The position numbers were made by a program, and so were the translations under genes. 64,000 bases of DNA from an uncultured Gemmatimonadaceae bacterium (lineage in GTDB: Bacteria > Gemmatimonadota > Gemmatimonadetes > Gemmatimonadales > Gemmatimonadaceae): the NCBI GenBank assembly GCA_963781585.1, contig CAWAGQ010000011.1:128001-192000 (forward strand), written 5' to 3'. Below, piece after piece: positions 57,678-64,000 of this stretch. Under the pieces are notes generated by a model. The model saw nothing but the letters and a program-made list of their open reading frames with translations. It ran no database searches and was not told where the DNA came from. Within the stretch, counting starts at the first letter, position 1. Each line of letters opens with the position of its first letter.

Positions 57678-60593
57678 ATGTCCCGCGTTCTCCGGTGCCT
57701 CACGCTCACCGCCTCCCTGATCGCGGTGCCGGTCGCCGCCCAGCAGGGTGGCCCGCACGTCACTCCCGGGGTTTCGGCCCTGCCGCGCGTCCCCGAGAAG
57801 GACTATTCCCGGTGGGAAACGTTAGGCAGCGGCGCGCTCTCGCCCGACGGCCGCTGGGTGGCGTATGACTTCCGCCGGGTGGGCGGAGGGGGCGAGCTCC
57901 ACTACCGGGCCGTAGCCTCGGGCAGCCAGCAGGCCGGAACCGAACGGATCGTGCACAACGGATCCGGCCCCGCCTTCACCAGCAACAACCGCTGGCTGCT
58001 GTATACCGTGAACGGCGATACGACCGGCGGGGGCCGGGGAGGCGGCGGGGGTCGGGGTGGGCGGGGCGGTGGCGCCGCGGGCGGCCGTGCCGGGAACCGC
58101 AACAAGGTCGGTATCGTGGATCTCGGCTCGGGAACCACGACGATGCTCGAGGAAGTGCAGTCGTTCGACCTGAGCAATGACGGCGTACACGTGGCGCTCC
58201 GCCGCTATCCGCCGCAGGGAGGCGGCCGCGGTGCCGACCTCGTCGTCCGCGACCTCGAACACGCCACCGACGTCACGTTCGGAAACGTGGCCGATTTCGC
58301 GTGGAGCGATGACGGCGCGCTGCTCGCCATGATCATCGACGTACAGGGCAAGACCGGGAACGGCGTCCAGGTGCTCGACGCGTCGACCGGCACGCTGCGC
58401 GCGCTGGACGCCGGTGACATGCTGTACGCCGGCCTGCAGTGGCGGGACAAGAGCGACGATTTGGTCGCGTTGCGGAGCCGCGCCGACAGCGCCTTCGCCG
58501 ACACCAGCTATGTCGTCATCGCCTGGCGCGGAGTACACTCGGCAAACCCCGAGAAGCGCCTGTACGACTTCGCGAGCGACAATGCGTTTCCGGAGGGGAT
58601 GCGGGTGGCGGCGTATCGGGATCCCCAGTGGTCCGATGACGGCGCCACCCTGTTCTTCGGCATCGCACCGCGCGAGGTGAAGGTGCCGCCGCCGCCGCGC
58701 CGCGGCGGTGGGCCGATGCCCGCCCGCGTCGAGGTCTGGCACTGGAAGGATCTGCGCGAATACCACCAGCAGGATCGCCAGTCCGCCCAGGACCGGACGC
58801 GGACGCACCTGGTGGCGTGGCACCTGGCGTCGAACAAACTCGTCCGCCTGGCCGATGACTCGCTGGAGAACGTGCAGTTGTCCGCGCACCGCAATGCCGC
58901 GATGGCGTCCGACGAGGATCCGTACTTCATGGACGTGATTTCGGGTCGCGCCTACCGCGACGTCTATACGGTGAACGTCGCCACCGGCGAACGACACAAG
59001 GTCGTGACCAGGACGGCGTTCAACGCCGACCTCAGTCCCAGCGGCCGCTACCTGCTCTACGTGCAAGGCGGCCAGTGGTGGTCGCTCGACCTCACCTCGC
59101 AGGCCCGCACCAACCTCACCGGCAATATCCGGAGTGTCTTCGTCGACATGGAGGACGATCACCCGGTGCACGAACGCCGGCCGTACGGCCTCGCCGGATG
59201 GACGCCTGACGAGAAGGCGGCGCTGCTCTACGATCGCTTCGATGTCTGGCAGGTGAACGTCGACGGGACGCACCCGGTGCGGCTCACGCGCGGGAGCGAA
59301 GACTCCACCGTCTACCGGGTGGTGTCGCTGGACGAGGACCGGCCGGTCTTCGGCGGCCGAGGCGGAGGCGGCGGGGCGACGACCGTCGATCCCGCGAAGC
59401 CGATCATCCTGTCCGCCACCGGCGAGTGGAGCAAGAATAGCGGCTACGCCCGCCTCACGCCCGGTCAGCCGGTCGAACGGCTGATCTGGCTCGACAAGAG
59501 CGTCACCCGCCTCACGAAGGCGAAAGACGCGGACGAGTACCTGTTCCTCGAGCAGACGTACGAAGACTCGCCCGACTTCTTCACGAGCGCGGCGACGATG
59601 CACGACCCCCAGCAGATCTCCCACACCAACGCCTTCCAGAGCGACTATGCGTGGGGGAAGCAGGTGCTGATGAACTACCGCAATGGACACGGCGACCGGC
59701 TGCAGATGATGCTGACGTATCCGGCCGACTACCAACCCGGGAAGAAGTACCCGATGGTGGTCTACTACTATGAGAAGCTGTCGCAGGGCTTCCATCAGTA
59801 CGTGGTTCCCACCGATCGGGCCACCTACAACACTACGGTGTTCAGCCAGGAAGGGTATTTCGTATTGCGCCCCGACATCCGCTTCCGTCCGCGCGACGCC
59901 GGATTCTCGGGCCTCGACTGCGTGACCTCGGCGGTCAGGGCGGCCATTGCCGCCGTCCCGGACATCGACGCGAAACACGTGGGCAACATGGGCCACTCGT
60001 GGGGCGGGTATCAGTCGGCGTTCTACGCCGTGCACAACAAGGGCGTCTTTGCCGCCACCATCGCCGGCGCCCCGCTCACCGACTTCATCAGCATGTACGG
60101 CTATACCTCGTTCAACACTGGCGCGCCCGAGACCGGCCACTTCGAGACCGGACAGGAACGGATGCAGGTCTCGCTATGGCAGGATCCGATGGCCTACGTC
60201 CGCAACTCCACGGTGTTCGCCATCGACTCGCTCAAGACGCCGCTCCTGCTGGAGGAGGGTGACGCCGACGGCAACGTGAACTACTGGCAGTCGATGGAGC
60301 TGTACAACTTCGGACGGCGGCTCGGGAAGCAGGTGGTCTTCCTCATCTATAATGATGAGAACCACAGCCCTGCCCGTCCCGAGAGCCAGATGGACTACCA
60401 CCGCCGCCAGATCGAGTGGTTCGCCCACTTCCTCAAGGGCGAACCTGCCTCGGACTGGATCACGAATGGCGAGAGCTACCTCGCCCGGCAGAAGTTGTTG
60501 CGCGCCGCCGGAGCCAACGGCTCGGCGACCGCTGATGCGGCCGCTCCGGCGGGAGGGGGACGTGGGCGCGGCGGCGGGCCGCCGAATCCGTAG
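57678..60593 (+). CDS. Secreted S9 prolyl-oligopeptidase-family peptidase
   Basis: Beta-propeller region, KKYPMVVYYYE, nucleophile GHSWGG, D.NV and ENH. Confidence 0.92.
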   Translation: MSRVLRCLTLTASLIAVPVAAQQGGPHVTPGVSALPRVPEKDYSRWETLGSGALSPDGRWVAYDFRRVGGGGELHYRAVASGSQQAGTERIVHNGSGPAFTSNNRWLLYTVNGDTTGGGRGGGGGRGGRGGGAAGGRAGNRNKVGIVDLGSGTTTMLEEVQSFDLSNDGVHVALRRYPPQGGGRGADLVVRDLEHATDVTFGNVADFAWSDDGALLAMIIDVQGKTGNGVQVLDASTGTLRALDAGDMLYAGLQWRDKSDDLVALRSRADSAFADTSYVVIAWRGVHSANPEKRLYDFASDNAFPEGMRVAAYRDPQWSDDGATLFFGIAPREVKVPPPPRRGGGPMPARVEVWHWKDLREYHQQDRQSAQDRTRTHLVAWHLASNKLVRLADDSLENVQLSAHRNAAMASDEDPYFMDVISGRAYRDVYTVNVATGERHKVVTRTAFNADLSPSGRYLLYVQGGQWWSLDLTSQARTNLTGNIRSVFVDMEDDHPVHERRPYGLAGWTPDEKAALLYDRFDVWQVNVDGTHPVRLTRGSEDSTVYRVVSLDEDRPVFGGRGGGGGATTVDPAKPIILSATGEWSKNSGYARLTPGQPVERLIWLDKSVTRLTKAKDADEYLFLEQTYEDSPDFFTSAATMHDPQQISHTNAFQSDYAWGKQVLMNYRNGHGDRLQMMLTYPADYQPGKKYPMVVYYYEKLSQGFHQYVVPTDRATYNTTVFSQEGYFVLRPDIRFRPRDAGFSGLDCVTSAVRAAIAAVPDIDAKHVGNMGHSWGGYQSAFYAVHNKGVFAATIAGAPLTDFISMYGYTSFNTGAPETGHFETGQERMQVSLWQDPMAYVRNSTVFAIDSLKTPLLLEEGDADGNVNYWQSMELYNFGRRLGKQVVFLIYNDENHSPARPESQMDYHRRQIEWFAHFLKGEPASDWITNGESYLARQKLLRAAGANGSATADAAAPAGGGRGRGGGPPNP

Positions 60594-60642
60594 CCCGACG
60601 CTGGCGACGGGATCGGGACCGGCGCACCGCCGTTTCCCCGGA

Positions 60643-60681
60643 AACACGACGGGCCGAGCATCTTGCTCGGCCCGTCGTGTT
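60643..60681. terminator. Perfect 18-bp hairpin between convergent genes
   Basis: AACACGACGGGCCGAGCA-TCT-TGCTCGGCCCGTCGTGTT. Confidence 0.75.
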
Positions 60682-60787
60682 CATCCGGGGCACCGCAAAC
60701 CTGGCCATTTGCTTCGGACCGTGTTCCCGTCTGCTGTGCAGACGACCCACATCCGTCCGATCCGTAGCCAGAGTTCTACAGGTTCAG

Positions 60788-61729
60788 CTACTTCTCCTGT
60801 ATGCAGCCGGCGTGATCGTAGCCCGACTTACTGTTGTAGGCCGCGTTCGACCAGTTGCCCTGAATCTTCCACTTGCTGCCATTCGCGAACGTTACCGATA
60901 AGGAGCCGAACGTCCACGCGCACTTGTCGGCGTTCTCCGCCCCGCTCCGGTCGTACCAGGCGTTGAGGTGCGGATCGGTAAGCGCTTCCGACAACTCGTG
61001 TCCCGCGACATTCGCGAGTGCCGAAAGACCCTGGCTGTGATTGAGCGTAGCGCTTGCTCCGGGGTCGCATCCCGGATCGCCGTCCAGGAGGAAGAAGAAC
61101 GCGAACTGCACTGTCTTTCCACCGCAGGTGCCGGCGCTGTGCCAGGCGCAGTAGCCGTTGCTGCCTCGCGGCAGATCCACGTACACCGGATAGTATCCAT
61201 CCGCCCGTGGACTCGAGATCAGGCTGCACACTTTGGCCAGCACAGTGCTGGTGCTCGGCGCCTTCTTGGGGCCTGCGGAATTGTCGATGATGGGCGTCGA
61301 GGTCGAGATGTCAGTGGTCACCTGCCCGCTGCCGTCCGTGTATTCAGTTGTCGTGTTGGCGTACTTCGATCCGCCGATCCCCGCGTAGAACAAGCTCATG
61401 CCCGAGATCTTGTCACCGGCAAAGCTGCTGTTGGTCCATGAACTGCCCCAGAAAATCGGAGTCACCGCGGCGCCGTGCATGACCGGGCCGCCATGATAGA
61501 CCATGTTGGCGGACGCCCGACCGTGCGATGCTTTCGCCGCCCGGGTCAGTCCGCGAATCAGGTGCAGGTGCGCCTCTGGTTCGCCCGGCCGTCCCTCGTC
61601 AGGCAGCGTCACACTCAGCGAGGGCTCCACCACCGTCCCGATGTTCGGCGCTGTCGGCGCAGCATCGGGATTGGTACAGGCGGCGACCACCAGCATCGTC
61701 GTCGCCGACATCCAGACCGCTCTCTTCAT
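60788..61729 (-). CDS. Lipoprotein with a Phi-1/EXORDIUM-like Cys-rich domain
   Basis: RBS GGAGG, lipobox VAAC, YHGGPVM, YCAWHS, GHELSEALTDP..NAWY, ENADKCAW, IQGNWSN. Confidence 0.7.
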   Translation of the reverse strand: MKRAVWMSATTMLVVAACTNPDAAPTAPNIGTVVEPSLSVTLPDEGRPGEPEAHLHLIRGLTRAAKASHGRASANMVYHGGPVMHGAAVTPIFWGSSWTNSSFAGDKISGMSLFYAGIGGSKYANTTTEYTDGSGQVTTDISTSTPIIDNSAGPKKAPSTSTVLAKVCSLISSPRADGYYPVYVDLPRGSNGYCAWHSAGTCGGKTVQFAFFFLLDGDPGCDPGASATLNHSQGLSALANVAGHELSEALTDPHLNAWYDRSGAENADKCAWTFGSLSVTFANGSKWKIQGNWSNAAYNSKSGYDHAGCIQEK

Positions 61730-61800
61730 AAAACGGCTCCTCCAGGCGAAAAATGTGCTGCACGTAAACTCGTCCCGACCCTGAACCCGGCCCAAATGCA

Positions 61801-62592
61801 TCACCGCGTGCCGGTCCCGCTCAGCACGCGATCGATGATCCGCTGAAATGCTTCCACCGGCTGCACTCCCTCGAGCGGCACACCGTTCACCACGAAGCCC
61901 GGCGTTCCCGAGAATCCGAACCGCCTGGCCTCCTCCCGGTCCGCGTCGATCACCGCGCGCACCGCCGCGCTCCCCGCATCCCGCTTGGCGCGCGATAGAT
62001 CGGCACCCACCTTCTGCGCCGCCGCGTCGACGAACGCCGCACCCTGCGTCGCCAGCTGATCCTGGTGCTCGTACATCTCGTCGTAGAATCGCAGCGCTAT
62101 GTCCGGATTCTGGCGCACAATCGCCTCGAACATCAGCGCCGCCGGCATGGCATGCGGATGAAACTCCATCGGCATCTGCTTCACCACCAGCCGCACGTCG
62201 TCGCCGTACTGACGCATGACGTCCACGAGCACAGGCCGTGCCTCGCGACAGTAGGGACACTCGAAGTCCGTGTACTCGACGATCGTGACCCGGGCACGTT
62301 CACTGCCAAAGCCAATCCGGTGATCGAGAACCGGATGCAGGGGATGCTGGAACGCCGCCTCGACGCGCCGGGTCTCTTCGTCCGCCATCCGCGACTGACG
62401 CGTGGACTGTGTCGCGCGCGCCACACTGTCCAGCAGCACAACGAACTGCTCGGGGTGCGCCCGAATGGCATCGAGAACCACCTCGGGGTGTCGCACCAGC
62501 GTGTCGCGGATCTGGTCCGGTGACGGTGAGGCACAGGCCGCGGCGGTCAGGAAGGCTGCGATGGCGCCGCCCCGCAGGCGGGCGCCTAACAT
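61801..62592 (-). CDS. DsbA/Com1-family thioredoxin-fold lipoprotein
   Basis: AAAC lipobox, TIVEYTDFECPYC, GTPGFVVNG. Confidence 0.9.
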   Translation of the reverse strand: MLGARLRGGAIAAFLTAAACASPSPDQIRDTLVRHPEVVLDAIRAHPEQFVVLLDSVARATQSTRQSRMADEETRRVEAAFQHPLHPVLDHRIGFGSERARVTIVEYTDFECPYCREARPVLVDVMRQYGDDVRLVVKQMPMEFHPHAMPAALMFEAIVRQNPDIALRFYDEMYEHQDQLATQGAAFVDAAAQKVGADLSRAKRDAGSAAVRAVIDADREEARRFGFSGTPGFVVNGVPLEGVQPVEAFQRIIDRVLSGTGTR

Positions 62593-62803
62593 GTCTCTTC
62601 GTCCACGCGCTGGAGTCTCCTGCCGCTGGTGCACCACGACCACCGGATGCCCCTCGTGTCCGTGCCGAAGCGATCGGGACACTCTAGGGCCCTCCGGCCA
62701 ATCGCGCAATTGTCGCGCGCGCGCATGGGGGGATGTCACCGCGCCCGGGCCACCTGGCGCACATCGCCGTGGTGTGCTCTCGACCTCCGACCCTCAGCCA
62801 AGA

Positions 62804-62882
62804 GCGATCCCGCGACCCGATGCCCGCAGCGCGATCCCGCGACCCGATGCCCGCAGCGCGATCCCGCGACCCGATGCCCGCA
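62804..62882. repeat. 27-bp tandem repeat, about 2.9 copies
   Basis: GCGATCCCGCGACCCGATGCCCGCAGC at 62804, 62831 and 62858; no spacers. Confidence 0.95.
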
Positions 62883-63077
62883 CGGTCGCGACCGGTTCCC
62901 CCGCTGCCCGGTTCGCCCGCGCCCGCGACCGATCTCGTGAGCGTGGGGCCCGACCCGAAGGGGCACGCGCCGCCGCAGTGTCCGGCTCGTCGTGCCTCGC
63001 CAGACTCCGCGGCGCGAGCTCGTGACGGGAACGGGGCCGTCACCTGCACCGCTGATGTAACGCGCCTCCGGGCTCAC

Positions 63078-63123
63078 TTGCCCCGGACAGACTCCCCACT
63101 ACGTTTAGTTCGATCTAAACGTA
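63078..63123 (+). promoter_or_regulatory. Promoter overlapped by a palindromic operator
   Basis: TTGCCC-N16-TACGTT, with the perfect inverted repeat TACGTTTAG-N6-CTAAACGTA at 63100-63123. Confidence 0.75.
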
Positions 63124-63153
63124 CGTAACTCTCCATTCCTAACCGGCCCACCT

Positions 63154-63636
63154 GTGTCTCCCCCCGCCGAGCGATTCACCGAGCAGATCGGCGTCATCCT
63201 CGAGAAGGAAGGACTCCCCCGCTGTGCAGGACGCCTCTTCGGCTGCCTCCTGATTGCCGAACGGGAAACGTCGCTCGACGACCTCGCCAGTTGCCTGGCC
63301 GTGAGCAAGGCCAGCGTGAGCATCAACGCCCGGCTCCTCGAACAGCACGGCGTGCTCGAGAAGGTCAGTCGCCCCGGCGACCGCCGCGACTACTATCGGA
63401 TCGCCGAAGACCTCTTCGAACGCATGATGGAACAACGCCTCGGCAAATGGACGCGTCTTCACGAAGCCGTCTCGGCCGCCCGGCGCACGCTGCCCGCCAG
63501 GAGTGAACTCGTGAGGCATCGGCTCGACGAGTTCGCCCACGGCTCCGAGCAGCTGATCCGCCTCATCCGCAAATCGATCGCCGCCTGGCGCAGGCAATCA
63601 CGCCGCCAGCGCCCCCTCCGCGCCGTGACACGCTGA
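63154..63636 (+). CDS. GbsR/MarR-family transcriptional regulator
   Basis: GLPRCAGRLFG.LL, SLDDLA..L.VSKASVS.NAR.L, PGDRRDYY. Confidence 0.88.
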   Translation: MSPPAERFTEQIGVILEKEGLPRCAGRLFGCLLIAERETSLDDLASCLAVSKASVSINARLLEQHGVLEKVSRPGDRRDYYRIAEDLFERMMEQRLGKWTRLHEAVSAARRTLPARSELVRHRLDEFAHGSEQLIRLIRKSIAAWRRQSRRQRPLRAVTR

Positions 63637-64000
63637 TGCGCATCTGCCTCGTCATCCGCGCTGCCGCGGTCGCGGGCGTGTTCATCGCCCGTCCTGGTGT
63701 CGGTCAGAGCCCCGGTCCCCGCGCCCTCTCGCTCGGCGATGCCGCCCGCCTCGCTGTCCGGCAAAGTGTCGATGCGGTCACCGCGCGGCTTCGCGTCGAC
63801 GAAGATGCAGCCAGGGCCCGGCAGGAACGCGCCGACCTGCTACCCGACCTCAGCGGAGCGTTCGGCGACGGCCAGCGGACCTACAACACCGCCTCGTTCG
63901 GGATTCCCTTCCCCGGCTTCGACCCCAACGGGCAGATCATCGGCCCGGTGCGGACAGTCGACGTGCGAGCCCGCGTCGTCATGAGCCTGTTCGATCCGGT
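63636..64000 (+). CDS. TolC-family outer membrane efflux protein (5' part only)
   Basis: Manual translation: signal peptide, LSLGDAARLA, RADLLPDLS, MSLFD. ATG overlaps the regulator stop. Confidence 0.75.
   Translation, partial: MRICLVIRAAAVAGVFIARPGVGQSPGPRALSLGDAARLAVRQSVDAVTARLRVDEDAARARQERADLLPDLSGAFGDGQRTYNTASFGIPFPGFDPNGQIIGPVRTVDVRARVVMSLFDP

Noticed and set aside
62804..62882. Possible CRISPR array
   Set aside because: The repeats are head-to-tail with no spacers and there are no cas genes. The same applies to 9200-9293.

Overview
High-GC bacterial chromosomal segment. Gene content (SusC/SusD-like pairs, barrel-less plug protein, orphan duplicated ABC permease, GGRGG-rich secreted peptidases) suggests Gemmatimonadota; this is inference. 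From left to right it holds: a SusC/SusD uptake locus with a DUF6259-like glycosidase, S1/P1 nuclease, EEP hydrolase and NamZ; a CcdA/TlpA redox pair; a DUF5916 outer-membrane protein; an AstE-like peptidase; ettA; tRNA-Arg(TCG); a surface-glycan modification cluster (sulfotransferase, GNAT, adenylating enzyme, SDR, ACP, deacetylase, sulfatase-fold protein); gene fragments and attC-like remnants; a complete V/A-type ATP synthase operon in archaeal order (H-I-K-E-C-F-A-B-D); an ECF sigma/FecR/TonB-receptor signalling module with an Omp85 gene; an ATP-grasp + luciferase-like monooxygenase operon; an IS110 element; a peptide-utilisation SusC/SusD locus with M14 and S9 peptidases; a Phi-1-like lipoprotein; DsbA; and a MarR/GbsR regulator with its operator, followed by a TolC start. 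Two highlights. (1) The IS110 element (46943-48087) has a non-coding left end that folds into a two-loop bridge RNA. Its guide segments match both the element's own circle junction (ACAGCTA-CT-TG) and the reconstructed insertion site (CTGCGGC-CT-CTGCG), which is one arm of a REP-like palindrome. (2) A SAM-II riboswitch with a terminator is followed by a putative Cys-Met-Cys leader-peptide attenuator, upstream of the uncharacterised ATP-grasp/monooxygenase operon, which probably acts in sulfur metabolism. All calls are from reading the sequence by eye; no database searches were run.
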